From Streptosporangiaceae bacterium (GTDB taxonomy: Bacteria; Actinomycetota; Actinomycetes; Streptosporangiales; Streptosporangiaceae), in assembly GCA_036501145.1 (NCBI GenBank), contig DASYAV010000155.1, positions 6,164 to 70,163 on the forward strand: a DNA stretch of 64,000 nucleotides, in the 5' to 3' direction. This document shows positions 1 through 11,927 of the stretch, in pieces (position 1 is the first letter of the stretch; the number at the start of each line of letters is the position of its first letter). Below the pieces are notes generated by a model that was not told where the DNA came from, did not search any database, and saw only the letters and a list, made by a program, of their open reading frames with translations. The position numbers and the translations under genes are program-made.

Positions 1-1345
1 AGGTGTTGGCCCACACCACCCCGGCCCGCAGCCGCTGGGCCAGCCAGAGGATCCGGCTGCCCTTCTCCGTCCACACGCCGGCCGACAGCCCGTACGGCGT
101 GTTGTTGGCCTTCGCCACGGCCTCCTCGGGAGTGCGGAAGGTCAGCACGGACAGCACCGGGCCGAAGATTTCCTCGCGGGCGATCCGGTGCGCAGGGCTG
201 ACCCCGGTGAACAATGTCGGGGCGAACCAGAAGCCGCGCTCGGGCAGCAGACACGGCGCTGACCACCGGTGCGCCCCCTCCGCCTCGCCGGACGCGGACA
301 GTTCGGTGATCTTGTCCAGCTGCTGGCGTGAGTTGATCGCGCCGATGTCGGTGTTCTTGTCCAGTGGGTCACCGAGCCGCAGCGTGCCCAGCCGCCGCTT
401 CAGCCGGTCGAGCAGGGTATCGGCGACCGACTCGGCGACCAGCAGCCGCGACCCAGCGCAGCAGACGTGCCCCTGGTTGAAGAAGATGCCGTTCACGATG
501 CCCTCGACGGCGCCCTCCACCGGCGCGTCCTCGAACACCACGTTGGCCGCCTTGCCGCCAAGTTCCATGGTCAGCTTCTTGCCGGTGCCCGCGGCAGCGG
601 CCAGGATCTGCTTGCCCACCTCGGTGGAACCGGTGAACGCGACCTTGTCCACGTCCGGGTGGGCGACCACCGCGGCGCCGGTGTCCCCGGCGCCGGTCAC
701 GATGTTCACCACTCCGTCGGGCAGCCCGGCCTGCTGGCACACCTCGGCCAGCAGCAGCGCGGTGAGCGGGGTGGTCTCGGCGGGCTTGAGCACGCAGGTG
801 TTGCCGGCCGCGAGGGCCGGCGCCAGCTTCCAGGCCGCCATGAGCAGCGGGAAGTTCCACGGGATGACCTGCCCGGCGACGCCCAGTGGCCGCGGATCCG
901 GGCCGAAGCCGGCGTAGCCGAGTTTGTCCGCCCAGCCGGCGTAGTAGAAGAAGTGCGCACTGGCCAGCGGCACGTCGACGTCGCGCGATTCCTTGATCGG
1001 CTTGCCGTTGTCGAGGCTCTCCAGCACCGCGAACTCGCGGGCCCGCTCGGCGATGATCCGCGCAATCCGGTAGATGTACTTGGCCCGCTGGGCGCCGGGC
1101 ATCGGCCCCCAGACGTTCTCGAAGGCGGTGCGGGCGGCGCGCACCGCCCGGTCCACGTCCTGCTGGCCCGCCAGTGCCACCTCGGCCAGCGGCTCCTCGG
1201 TCGCCGGGTTGACGGTACCGAACGTCCGCCCGTCGGCGGCCGGGGCGAACTCGCCGTTCACGAACAGCCCGTAGGACGGGGCGATCGTGACGATCCCCCG
1301 CTCCTGCGGTGCGGGAGCGTACTCCCAGGAAACCGTGTCGGTCAT
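1..1345 (-). CDS. NAD(P)-dependent aldehyde dehydrogenase (C-terminal end runs off the left edge)
   Basis: Absent from the ORF track because no stop lies inside the window. My minus-strand translation from ATG at 1345 reads MTDTVSWEYAPAPQE. ALDH hallmarks seen: VIPWNFPLLMAAWKLAPALAAGNTCVLKP (rc of ~781-870), MELGGKAAN (rc ~541-580), GIFFNQGHVC catalytic-Cys motif (rc ~461-500). Confidence 0.85.
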   Translation of the reverse strand, partial: MTDTVSWEYAPAPQERGIVTIAPSYGLFVNGEFAPAADGRTFGTVNPATEEPLAEVALAGQQDVDRAVRAARTAFENVWGPMPGAQRAKYIYRIARIIAERAREFAVLESLDNGKPIKESRDVDVPLASAHFFYYAGWADKLGYAGFGPDPRPLGVAGQVIPWNFPLLMAAWKLAPALAAGNTCVLKPAETTPLTALLLAEVCQQAGLPDGVVNIVTGAGDTGAAVVAHPDVDKVAFTGSTEVGKQILAAAAGTGKKLTMELGGKAANVVFEDAPVEGAVEGIVNGIFFNQGHVCCAGSRLLVAESVADTLLDRLKRRLGTLRLGDPLDKNTDIGAINSRQQLDKITELSASGEAEGAHRWSAPCLLPERGFWFAPTLFTGVSPAHRIAREEIFGPVLSVLTFRTPEEAVAKANNTPYGLSAGVWTEKGSRILWLAQRLRAGVVWANT

Positions 1346-1450
1346 GCGCCACCTTCCGGGCCTGCTGCCGGTCTCACCATACTGTCGCACCATGCCTGTC
1401 ATGCCGGGGCTGGCGGGTGGCTGCCGCGCCGGCACTGCCAGAATGAGGTC

Positions 1451-2044
1451 ATGCGCGCCGCCTGGGTCAGGGAAACGACGGCCAGGCACTGGCGTGCCCT
1501 GATCGCCGCGACCGTCGCCGCGGCTGTCGTGGCCGTGTTCCTGGTGCTGTCCCGGCCCGCCGCGCCTGCCACGTCCTCCGGCCCGGCCGCGCTGAGCCCG
1601 GTCACCGGTTTCTCCCGGGTGACCCGGCCCGCCCCCGCCTTCGACCTGCCGCCGCTGGACGGCAGCGGCAGCGTCCGGCTCACCGCGCTGCGGGGCAGGC
1701 CGCTGGTCGTCAACTTCTGGTCCTCTTCGTGCGGGCCCTGCCAGCGGGAGTCGCCCGCCATCGCCCGCGTCGCCGCGACGCTGCGCGGCAAGGTGACCTT
1801 CGTCGGCATCGACACGGCCGACAGCAAGAGCGCGGCACGGGCCTTCGCCACCCGTACCCACATGACCTATCACCTCGCCTACGACCCGACGGCGTCGGCG
1901 GCCGGCCAGTACCGCGTCCCGGCGCTTCCCGAGACGGTCTTCCTGACCAGCTCGGGGACTCAGATTCTCGGCGTCAACCTGGGTGCGCTGACCGCCCAGC
2001 ACCTGTCGGTCATCCTGCACGACCTGTACGGCATCAGCGCCTGA
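1451..2044 (+). CDS. TlpA/ResA-like thiol-disulfide oxidoreductase (redoxin), membrane anchored
   Basis: C-terminal part of track ORF 467..2044. ATG at 1451 gives MRAAWVRE, then a TM segment, then the thioredoxin-fold motif VVNFWSSSCGPCQRE. Confidence 0.8.
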   Translation: MRAAWVRETTARHWRALIAATVAAAVVAVFLVLSRPAAPATSSGPAALSPVTGFSRVTRPAPAFDLPPLDGSGSVRLTALRGRPLVVNFWSSSCGPCQRESPAIARVAATLRGKVTFVGIDTADSKSAARAFATRTHMTYHLAYDPTASAAGQYRVPALPETVFLTSSGTQILGVNLGALTAQHLSVILHDLYGISA

Positions 2045-2078
2045 GCCGGCCAACGTGAGCCGGCCAGCCTGAGCCCGG

Positions 2079-3110
2079 TCAGATGGTGAAGTAGTCCGGG
2101 CCCGCGTACTGGCCGGTGAGCTGCTTGCTCCGCTGCATGAGCAGGTCGTTCAGCAGGCTGGAGGCGCCGATGCGGAACAGCGCCGGGGTGAGCCATTCAT
2201 CACCGGCGGTCTCCCGCACGAGCACCAGGTACCGGATCGCGTCCTTGGCGGTGCGGATCCCGCCGGCCACCTTCACCCCGACCCGCCGCCCGGTGGCCCC
2301 GGCGAAGTCGCGGGCGGCGGCCAGCATGGCGTGCGTGACCACCGGCGTGGCGGCGGGCGACACCTTGCCGGTGGACGTCTTGATGAAATCGGCGCCGGCC
2401 AGCATGGCCAGCCAGGAGGCCCGCGACACGTTGTCCAGGGTGGCCAGCTCGCCGGTCTCCAGGATGACCTTCAGGTGGGCGCGGCCGCAGGCCTCGCGAA
2501 CCGCGCGGATCTCCTCATACACCTGCCCGTAGCGGCCGGCCAGGAACGCACCCCGGTCGATCACCATGTCCACCTCGTCCGCCCCGGCGTGCACCGCGTC
2601 GGCCACATCGGCCAGCTTCACCGCCAGCGACGCCCGGCCGGACGGGAACGCGGTGGCGACCGAGGCCACCGCCACCGGGCTGCCGGCCAGTTCGCCGTGC
2701 GCCACGCCGGCCAGATCGGGGTAGACACACACCGCGGCGACCGGCGGCACCGCCGGGTCGGCCGGATCCGGGCGGAGGGCCTTGACGCACAGGTCGCGCA
2801 CCTTACCCGGGGTGTCCGCGCCTTCCAGCGTGGTCAGATCGACCATCCGGACCGCCATGGTCAGGGCCCACAGCTTGGCGTCCTTCTTGATCGACCGGGT
2901 GGCCAGGCTGGCCGTCCGCTCCTGGGTGGCGACCTGGTCGACGCCGGGCAGGCCAAGCAGCACCTGGCGCAGCGCGGTGTCGGAGATCTCGGTGCCGACG
3001 GCCCCGGCCAGCCAGGGCCGTGCGGCCACCGCCTGGATGCCGGCGGATACGGTGCTGTCCGCGGATACAGTGCTGCCCGCGGAGGTGGGGCCGCTCGGGG
3101 AAACCTGCAC
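2079..3110 (-). CDS. deoC: deoxyribose-phosphate aldolase (long actinobacterial form)
   Basis: 343-aa ORF. Class I aldolase core VDMVIDRGAF...LKVILETGEL...FIKTSTGK (Schiff-base Lys)...VKVAGGIRT. Start uncertain. Confidence 0.85.
   Translation of the reverse strand: MQVSPSGPTSAGSTVSADSTVSAGIQAVAARPWLAGAVGTEISDTALRQVLLGLPGVDQVATQERTASLATRSIKKDAKLWALTMAVRMVDLTTLEGADTPGKVRDLCVKALRPDPADPAVPPVAAVCVYPDLAGVAHGELAGSPVAVASVATAFPSGRASLAVKLADVADAVHAGADEVDMVIDRGAFLAGRYGQVYEEIRAVREACGRAHLKVILETGELATLDNVSRASWLAMLAGADFIKTSTGKVSPAATPVVTHAMLAAARDFAGATGRRVGVKVAGGIRTAKDAIRYLVLVRETAGDEWLTPALFRIGASSLLNDLLMQRSKQLTGQYAGPDYFTI
3043..3083 (-). repeat. 18-bp tandem duplication in the deoC N-terminal region
   Basis: gcggatacggtgctgtcc / gcggatacagtgctgccc. 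Encodes the STVSADSTVSAG region. Confidence 0.85.
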
Positions 3111-3119
3111 GGTCTGAGG

Positions 3120-4241
3120 CTACCTTCCCGGGTTTCTGGCGGGCCCGGGGGCGAGCCGGACGACCGCGTCGCTGGCCGCCCTGGCCACGGCGAAGCCGGG
3201 CTTGATCACCGTGTTGATGATGTGCAGCCGCTGGTCGAACGGGGCGAACGCGCTCTTCATCGCGTTGATGGTCAGCCACTCGATGTCGGACCAGCCGTAG
3301 CCGAATGTCTCCGCTAGCGTGTGGAACTCCGACGACAGGGTGACGTCGCTCATCAGCCGGTTGTCGGTGTTCACCGTGGCCCGGAAGGACAGCTGCCGGA
3401 GCAGGCCGATCGGGTGCTCGGCGATCGACGGCGCGGCGCCGGTCTGCACGTTCGACGTGGGGCACAGCTCCAGCGGGATACGCCGGTCGCGGACGTAGCT
3501 GGCCAGCCTGCCCAGGTGCACGGTGCCGTCGGTGGAGACCTGGATGTCGTCCACGATGCGGACACCGTGGCCGAGCCGTTCGGCACCGCACCACTGCAGC
3601 GCCTCCCAGATGGACGGCAGCCCGAAACCCTCGCCGGCGTGAATGGTGATGTGGAAGTTCTCCCGCGCCACGTACTGGAACGCGTCCAGGTGCCGGGACG
3701 GCGGGCTGCCGGCCTCCGCGCCCGCGATGTCGAACCCGACGACCCCTTCGTCCCGGTGACGCACCGCGAGCTCGGCGATCTCAAGCGAGCGGGCCGCCGT
3801 CCGCATCGCGGTCAGCAGGGCGTACACCGTGATGCCCCGGCCCTCGCTGCCCCGCCGGAACCCCTCCAGCACCGCCTCGACCACCTGGTCCAGGGTGAGG
3901 CCCCCGGCCACGTGCAGCTCGGGGGCGAACCGGACCTCGGCGTAGACGACCCCGTCGGCGGCGAGATCCTCGGCGGCCTCCGCGGCCACCCGCACCAGCG
4001 CCTCGCGGGTCTGCATGACCGCCACGGTGTGCTGGAACGCATCCAGGTAGTACTTCAGGTGACCGCGGTTGGCGCCGCGGGTCAGCCAGCGGCCCACCTC
4101 GGCCGGGTCGGACGACGGGAGCTTGCCGTAGCCAATCTCGCTGGCCAGCTCGACCACGGTGGACGGCCGCAGCCCGCCGTCCAGGTGGTCATGCAGCAGC
4201 ACCTTGGGCACGGCGCGGATTTCCTCCGTGGTCAGCGGCAT
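3120..4241 (-). CDS. add: adenosine deaminase
   Basis: 373 aa. [15 protein letters not shown] metal-binding N-terminus, HAGE motif, [11 protein letters not shown]-terminal motif. Confidence 0.9.
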   Translation of the reverse strand: MPLTTEEIRAVPKVLLHDHLDGGLRPSTVVELASEIGYGKLPSSDPAEVGRWLTRGANRGHLKYYLDAFQHTVAVMQTREALVRVAAEAAEDLAADGVVYAEVRFAPELHVAGGLTLDQVVEAVLEGFRRGSEGRGITVYALLTAMRTAARSLEIAELAVRHRDEGVVGFDIAGAEAGSPPSRHLDAFQYVARENFHITIHAGEGFGLPSIWEALQWCGAERLGHGVRIVDDIQVSTDGTVHLGRLASYVRDRRIPLELCPTSNVQTGAAPSIAEHPIGLLRQLSFRATVNTDNRLMSDVTLSSEFHTLAETFGYGWSDIEWLTINAMKSAFAPFDQRLHIINTVIKPGFAVARAASDAVVRLAPGPARNPGR

Positions 4242-4265
4242 CTGGCCATTATTGCCGGGCCGGTG

Positions 4266-5564
4266 TCACTCCCCTGGCCTGGGGCCGATGCGCTCCAGCA
4301 CCGGCGACGGCAGGTCCGGCGGCACCGCCCCGATCCCTATCGCCCCGGCCAGCGCCTGCCTGGCCCCGGCCATCCGGCCGGGATCGCTGCTGTGCAGTTC
4401 CAGCACTGGCTGCCCGCTGGTCACCCGCTCGCCCGGCTTGACCAGGCAGAGCACACCGGCCGCCGGGTCCACCGGGTCCTCCTTGCGGGCCCGGCCCGCG
4501 CCCAGCCGCCAGGCCGCGACACCGACCGCCCGGGCATCCAGCCGGTGCAGCCAGCCGTTGCCGTCGGCGGCGACCGTCTGCTTGTGTGCCGCTTGCGGCA
4601 GCGGCGCGTCCGGATCCCCGCCCTGCGCGGCCACCATGTCCCGGAACGTGCGCAGCGCACGCCCGTCAGCCAGCGCCGCGGCCGGGTCGCTGCCCGGCTG
4701 GCCGTCCAGCCCGGCCAGCCGGAGCATCTCGGTGGCCAGCGCGAGAGTCACCTGGACCAGGTCCTCCGGGCCCTCGCCGCGCAGCGTGGCGACCGACTCG
4801 GCCACCTCGACCGCGTTGCCGACGGCCCGGCCCAGCGGCGTGTCCATCCTGGTGAGCAGCGCGGAGGTGCGCACCCCGTGCTCGGTGCCGAGAGTGACCA
4901 TGGTCTCGGCCAGTTGCCGCGCCTGATCCAGCTCGCGCATGAAAGCGCCGTCGCCGACCTTCACGTCCAGCACCAGGGCCGAGGTGCCTTCGGCGATCTT
5001 CTTCGACATGATCGAGCTGGCGATGAGCGGGATCGACTCCACGGTGCCCGTCACGTCGCGCAGCGCGTACAGCTTGCGGTCGGCCGGCGCCAGCCCTGGC
5101 CCAGCGGCGCAGATAACACAGCCGGTCTCGCTGAGCACCGCGGCCATCTCGGCCGGCGTCAGGGCGGCCCGCCAGCCCGGGATCGCCTCCAGCTTGTCCA
5201 GGGTGCCGCCGGTGTGGCCCAGCCCGCGGCCGGACAGCTGCGGCACCGCGGCACCGCAGCTGGCCACCAGCGGCGCGAGGATCAGCGAGACCTTGTCGCC
5301 GACCCCGCCGGTGGAGTGCTTGTCCACCGTCGGCCGGGTCAGCTGGCCGAGGTCCAGCCGGTCGCCGGAGTCGACCATGGCCGCGGTCCAGGTGCGCAGC
5401 TCGCGCTGGCCGAGCCCGCGGAAGAAGACCGCCATCAGCAGCGCGGCCACCTGCTCGTCCGGGATCCCGCCGCCGGCGTAGCCGGAGATCAGCGAGCGGA
5501 TGTCCTCGTCGGCCAGCTGCCGCCCGTCCCGCTTGGCCAGGATCAGGTCGATGACGTCAGCCAC
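4266..5564 (-). CDS. deoA: thymidine/pyrimidine-nucleoside phosphorylase
   Basis: Track ORF 4266..5633. Family N-terminus VIDLILAKRDGRQLADEDI and DKHSTGGVGDK motif. I prefer GTG at 5564 (GGGAGAGGGG RBS upstream), but 5633 is possible. Confidence 0.85.
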   Translation of the reverse strand: MADVIDLILAKRDGRQLADEDIRSLISGYAGGGIPDEQVAALLMAVFFRGLGQRELRTWTAAMVDSGDRLDLGQLTRPTVDKHSTGGVGDKVSLILAPLVASCGAAVPQLSGRGLGHTGGTLDKLEAIPGWRAALTPAEMAAVLSETGCVICAAGPGLAPADRKLYALRDVTGTVESIPLIASSIMSKKIAEGTSALVLDVKVGDGAFMRELDQARQLAETMVTLGTEHGVRTSALLTRMDTPLGRAVGNAVEVAESVATLRGEGPEDLVQVTLALATEMLRLAGLDGQPGSDPAAALADGRALRTFRDMVAAQGGDPDAPLPQAAHKQTVAADGNGWLHRLDARAVGVAAWRLGAGRARKEDPVDPAAGVLCLVKPGERVTSGQPVLELHSSDPGRMAGARQALAGAIGIGAVPPDLPSPVLERIGPRPGE

Positions 5565-6045
5565 CGCCTGGCCCCTCTCCCGGCCGCGCGTCCTGGGCCT
5601 CGGGCGGCGCGTCCCGCCGCTCGGCCAGGTCACCGGCGCCGAAGGCGGCGGGCAGCAGGCGGCTCAGCTGCTGCGGGCCGTCCTCGGTGTCCACCAGCAG
5701 CGCCGGCCCGCCCGCCTCGAGCAGGAGCTGGCGGCACCGGCCGCAGGGCAGCAGCGGCCGGCCGTCCGCGGCGACCACGCTGACCGCGGCCAGCGCCGGG
5801 ATGCCATTCTCTGTGTCCGCGCCCTGGGGCGGGCCGCCTGCGTGCAAGGCGGACACCAGGCCGCATTCGGCGCACAGCGTGAGCCCGTAGGACGCGTTCT
5901 CCACGTTGCAGCCGGTCACCAGCCGGCCGCCGGTGGTCAGCCCGGCCGCGCCGACCCGCAGCCTCGAATACGGCGCGTAGGCGCGTGCTGCTGCCTCGGT
6001 GGCCGTGGCCCGCAGCCCGTCCCAGTCGATCGGCTCGCCCGCCAT
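5557..6045 (-). CDS. cdd: cytidine deaminase
   Basis: Track ORF 5557..6267 trimmed to ATG at 6045 (MAGEPIDWDG). Zinc motifs CAECG and PCGRCRQ. Confidence 0.85.
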   Translation of the reverse strand: MAGEPIDWDGLRATATEAAARAYAPYSRLRVGAAGLTTGGRLVTGCNVENASYGLTLCAECGLVSALHAGGPPQGADTENGIPALAAVSVVAADGRPLLPCGRCRQLLLEAGGPALLVDTEDGPQQLSRLLPAAFGAGDLAERRDAPPEAQDARPGEGPGGG

Positions 6046-6281
6046 CCGCGCACCTCCCGCCGGGGAGCGTAGCAGCCTGGTCTCCTTCAGGGCCGGCCCG
6101 TGACGGGGCAGGCAAAGCGAGCGATTTTCAGAACAATCGATCCGTGAGTCTCGATTTGGCAACAGCACGGTTGAAGAAGTGCCCGGTTCTTCCCCGCTGA
6201 CGTGAAACGGGTCTAGCCTGCGGGCAGCCAGCGCATAGGGCGGAACGGGACTCCGGCAGCTGGCCATTGAAGGAGGTAACG

Positions 6282-7436
6282 GTGAGAGGGACCATCAGGG
6301 TGGTCGCGGCGGTCAGTGTCGCGGCGCTGCTGGCTGCGGGGTGTGCCAGCGCCTCCAAGCCGGGTTCGTCCGGCGGCTCGTCGTCGAGCTCAGGCGGCTC
6401 CGCATCCACGGCGGGCAAATTTCTCGGGTGCATGGTGACCGACACCGGCGGCATCGACGACCGGTCGTTCAATGCCTCGTCCTGGCAAGGCATGCAGGAG
6501 GCGCAGTCCGCCGACCCGAGCAAGGTCTCGGTCAAGTACCTGCAGTCCAGTTCGACGGCAGACTACGCGCCGAACATCAGCGCGTTCATCGGCAAGAAGT
6601 GCGGGATCATCGTCACGGTCGGGTTCCTGATGGCCGGGGCCACCGGCACCGCGGCCACCAGCAACACGAGCGCGAAGTTCGCGATCGTGGACTGCGCGAT
6701 CGCGACGGTCAACTGCCCCACCACGTCCTCGGGGAAGGCCTCCAAGCCGCCGTCCAACGTGGATTCCCTGGTGTTCAACACCGTCCAGGACGGGTTCCTC
6801 GGCGGTTACCTGGCCGCGGGTATGTCGAAGACGGGGAAGGTGGCCACGTTCGGCGGGGACAAGATCCCGACGGTGACCATCTACATGGATGGCTTCTGGG
6901 ACGGGGTGCAGTACTACAACCAGCAGAACCACAAGCACGTGGCCGTGCTGGGCTGGAACGAGCAGTCGCAGAGCGGTGAGTTCACCAACAGCTTCACCAA
7001 CCTGACCATGGGGCAGACGATCACCCAGCAGTTCATCAACGAGGGTGCGGACGTCATCTTCCCGGTGGCCGGTGGTGTCGGCCTGGGTGCGGCCAAGGCC
7101 GTGCAGAACGCGGACACCGCGGCCGGCACCCAGAAGGTGAACATGGAGTGGGTGGACACCGACGGCTGCGTGAGCGCGGCGCAGTACTGCAAGTACTTCA
7201 TCACCAGCGTGGAGAAGGGTATCCAGACCGCGGTGAAGACCGCGGTCACGGCCGCCTCCAACGGCACATTCAAGGGCGGCACCTACGTCGGGACGCTGGC
7301 CAACGGCGGCGTTACCCTGGCTCCTTACCACGACTTCGCCAGCAAGGTCCCGTCCACTCTGCAGTCCCAGATCAACACCATCAAGTCCGAGATCATCAGC
7401 GGCAAGATCAAACCGGCCACGAAGAGCCCCGTGTAA
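6282..7436 (+). CDS. BMP-family (PnrA-like) nucleoside-binding ABC lipoprotein
   Basis: AGGAGG at 6271-6276, five nt before GTG 6282. Lipobox LLAAGCAS. BMP-family body (TDTGGIDDRSFN...). Confidence 0.85.
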   Translation: MRGTIRVVAAVSVAALLAAGCASASKPGSSGGSSSSSGGSASTAGKFLGCMVTDTGGIDDRSFNASSWQGMQEAQSADPSKVSVKYLQSSSTADYAPNISAFIGKKCGIIVTVGFLMAGATGTAATSNTSAKFAIVDCAIATVNCPTTSSGKASKPPSNVDSLVFNTVQDGFLGGYLAAGMSKTGKVATFGGDKIPTVTIYMDGFWDGVQYYNQQNHKHVAVLGWNEQSQSGEFTNSFTNLTMGQTITQQFINEGADVIFPVAGGVGLGAAKAVQNADTAAGTQKVNMEWVDTDGCVSAAQYCKYFITSVEKGIQTAVKTAVTAASNGTFKGGTYVGTLANGGVTLAPYHDFASKVPSTLQSQINTIKSEIISGKIKPATKSPV

Positions 7437-7547
7437 ACCCGCTCTTACCGGCTGGGCCGGGCCGCCGAGGGCGGCCCGGCCCAGCCGGAGGCATATTGGT
7501 GCCCACACGAGTTGGTGCCCGCAAGCACGGCACAGACAGGGACGGCC

Positions 7548-9256
<1,709 letters not shown>

Positions 9257-9260
<4 letters not shown>

Positions 9261-10609
9261 GCGACGACGTCAGCGACCGGCCGCCAGCGCCCGGCCAGCC
9301 CGAGCCGACGGCGGGCTCCGGGGCGGACCCGGGCACCCAGCCGGGGGCGGGCCTCACCGGGCGGGAGCCCGGCGGCCGCAGCCCGCTGCGCGGCCTGGGC
9401 CGGGCCATCCTGGACTCGATCCTGGAGGGCAGCCCGACCGTCACCACCACGCTGGCCTTCATCGCCGCCCTGGTAATCGGCGCGCTGGTCATCGCGTTCA
9501 GCAACCCGACCGTGCTGCACTACTGGAACAGCTTCTTCGCCGCGCCCGGCACGGCCATATCAAGCACCTGGGACTCGATCGCCGCCGCCTATTCGGCCAT
9601 GTTCGAGGGGGCGATCTTCAACCCACACACGATCGCCGCCGCGGCCAACGGCACCGGCTCGGTCGGCGCCATCTTCTACCCGCTGTCCCAGACCACGGCC
9701 CAGGCCACCCCGCTGATCCTCACTGGCCTGTCGGTGGCGCTGGCGTTCCGGGCCGGGCTGTTCAACATCGGTGCGGCCAGCCAGTGGATCGGCGGTGCGA
9801 TCGTCGTCACCTGGCTGGGTTTCGGGGTCAGCCTGCCGCCGGTCATCCACGTGATCGTCTGCCTGGCCGGCGGATTCGCGGGTGGTGCGGTGATGGGCTG
9901 GCTGGTCGGCGCGCTCAAGGCGCGGACCGGGGCACACGAGGTGATCGTCACGATCATGCTCAACTACGTGATGTACGACGTGCTGTCCTACCTGCTCGGC
10001 ACGCCGAAGGCGCTGCAACTGCCGCACCAGGCCGACCTGATCAGCCCGGGCATCGCCGCCAACGCTCAGCTACCGCACGTCGGCGGGCCCGCACCACAGG
10101 TCGGGGTCGGGTTCCTGATCGCGATCGCCGCCGCCATCGCCATGTGGTGGTTGCTGGCCCGCAGCACCACCGGCTTTCAGTTCCGCACCGTCGGGGCGAA
10201 CCCGAGCGCCGCCCGCACCGCGGGCATGAGCGTGGAGAAGACCTGGGTGCTGGCCATGCTGCTGGCCGGCGGCCTGGCCGGGCTCAGCGGCGCGGTGACC
10301 ACGCAGGGCGTGTTCTACAACCTCAACAGCCAGAGCTACGGCAGCTACGGCATCAACGGCATCACGGTCGCGCTGCTCGGCCGGGCGAAACCGCTCGGCA
10401 CCGTGCTGGCTGCGCTGCTGTTCGGGGCGCTGGAGGCCGGCGGCACGGTGATGGAGGCCGCCACCACGGTGCCCATCGACATCGTCGAAGTGCTGCAGGG
10501 CCTGATCGTGCTGTTCGTGGCGGCACCGCTGATGATCAGGGCGGTGTTCCGGCTGCGCGCGGCGCAGAGCACCGGCATGGAGGCCGTGGCTAAGGGGTGG
10601 AACGGATGA
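9257..10609 (+). CDS. ABC transporter permease (BMP-type system)
   Basis: ATGA overlap with the ATPase stop. Multi-TM protein with a low-complexity N-terminal extension. Confidence 0.85.
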
Positions 10610-11886
10610 CCGCGCTCGCCACCACCCTCCGGGCCCCGGTCACCATCAACCGCAGATATGTCACCGGCGCGGTGTTCGTGCTGTTCGGGCTGGTGAACAT
10701 CCTGGTGTTCGGCCAGTTCGCGCACAAAGGCGACGCCGGGTTCCAGTTCGCGCTGCCCGGGACCACCGGAAACCCACCGGTCCTGCACGTGCCCGCGGGA
10801 CCGGCCTGCTTCGTCCTGGGCGCGCTGACAATACTGATCGGCCTGGGCCGCGTGGCCTTCGAGCAGCCGGTCTGGCTCCGGCGGCTGGGCATCGGCGCGG
10901 TGCTGCTCTTCTTCACCCTCTCGCTGCTGATGTGGTCGGACGTTGGCACCTGGGCCAACGACATCCCGATCAACGTGGTGAGCCTGCTGCAGGCCACGCT
11001 GGCCGGCTCGATCCCGCTGATCCTGGGCGCCCTGGCCGGGTGCATGGGCGAACGCGCCGGAGTCATCAACATCGCGATCGAGGGCCAGCTGCTGCTCGGT
11101 GCGTTCACCGCCGCGATCGTCACCAGCACCGTCGGCGGCGTGTGGGTCGGGCTAGTCAGCGGTTCAGTGGGCGGCGGCCTGGTGGGCGCCCTGCTGGCGC
11201 TGTTCGCGATCCGCTTCTTCGTTGACCAGATCGTGCTGGGCGTAGTGCTCAACCTGCTGGTCAGCGGGTTCACCGGGTTTCTCTACGACCGGCTGATGGT
11301 GACCAACGCCAACACGTACAACAACGCCGGCACCTTCGGCCCCATCAAAATCCCGGGGCTGGGCAGCATCCCGGTCATCGGGCCGATCTTCTTCGACTCG
11401 ACGATCTTCCTGTACATCACCTACGCCGCCATCATCGCCGTCCAGGTCGGGCTGTTCAGCACCCGCTGGGGCCTGCGGGTGCGTGCGGTGGGCGAACACC
11501 CGACCGCCGCCGACACCGTCGGCATCAAGGTGCTGGGCATCAGGTACGGCAACCTCATCATGGGTGGCATGCTCGCCGGGATCGGCGGCGCCTACCTGAC
11601 GATCGGCTCGGTGGGCACGTTCAGCAAGGACATGTCATCCGGGCTGGGTTACATCGCTCTGGCGGCGATGATCTTCGGCCGGTGGCGGCCGCTCGGCGCC
11701 ACCATGGCGGCGCTGCTGTTCGGCTTCACCGGGGCGCTGCAGAGCTTCCTGGGCAGCATCACCGTGCCGATCTCGCCGTTCCTGCTGAACATGCTGCCGT
11801 ACGTGGCCACGATCATCGCCGTGGCCGGGCTGGTGGGCAGGGTCCGGGCGCCTGCCGCCGACGGCAAACCCTACTCGCGGGCATGA
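10606..11886 (+). CDS. ABC transporter permease (BMP-type system)
   Basis: ATG 10606 overlaps the upstream TGA (ATGA). The track offers GTG 10597 as an alternative. Multi-TM protein. Confidence 0.85.
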   Translation: MTALATTLRAPVTINRRYVTGAVFVLFGLVNILVFGQFAHKGDAGFQFALPGTTGNPPVLHVPAGPACFVLGALTILIGLGRVAFEQPVWLRRLGIGAVLLFFTLSLLMWSDVGTWANDIPINVVSLLQATLAGSIPLILGALAGCMGERAGVINIAIEGQLLLGAFTAAIVTSTVGGVWVGLVSGSVGGGLVGALLALFAIRFFVDQIVLGVVLNLLVSGFTGFLYDRLMVTNANTYNNAGTFGPIKIPGLGSIPVIGPIFFDSTIFLYITYAAIIAVQVGLFSTRWGLRVRAVGEHPTAADTVGIKVLGIRYGNLIMGGMLAGIGGAYLTIGSVGTFSKDMSSGLGYIALAAMIFGRWRPLGATMAALLFGFTGALQSFLGSITVPISPFLLNMLPYVATIIAVAGLVGRVRAPAADGKPYSRA

Positions 11887-11927
11887 TGCCGCCGGGCCGG
11901 CGGCCAGGCGTGTGACAGCATCGGGCC

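Noticed and set aside
467-2044. Fused ORFs in the track (467..2044, 12559..14730, 20755..22398, 21618..23096, 30278..34021, 34335..35690, 56983..58743) taken at face value as single large proteins.
   Set aside because: In each case only the 3' part has family similarity. The 5' part overlaps the neighbouring gene in another frame. Internal starts with an RBS or with ATGA/GTGA coupling fit better.
3321-5783. Very long track ORFs such as 3321..5783 (+, 820 aa), 6390..8873 (-, 827 aa), 30539..33997 (-, 1152 aa), 37039..39267 (-), 41960..45085 (+, 1041 aa), 46697..49495 (+, 932 aa) and 52193..54397 (+, 5' part).
   Set aside because: Each lies antisense to, or out of frame with, a gene that has clear family motifs. 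Their translations are Arg/Gly/Pro/Ala-rich with no recognisable domains. They are typical stop-codon-poor shadow ORFs of high-GC DNA.
6046-6281. A possible riboswitch in the 236-nt leader of the nucleoside ABC operon.
   Set aside because: I recognise no known riboswitch core sequence there. Only short local hairpins and an AT-rich patch are visible. The region is reported simply as a divergent regulatory region.
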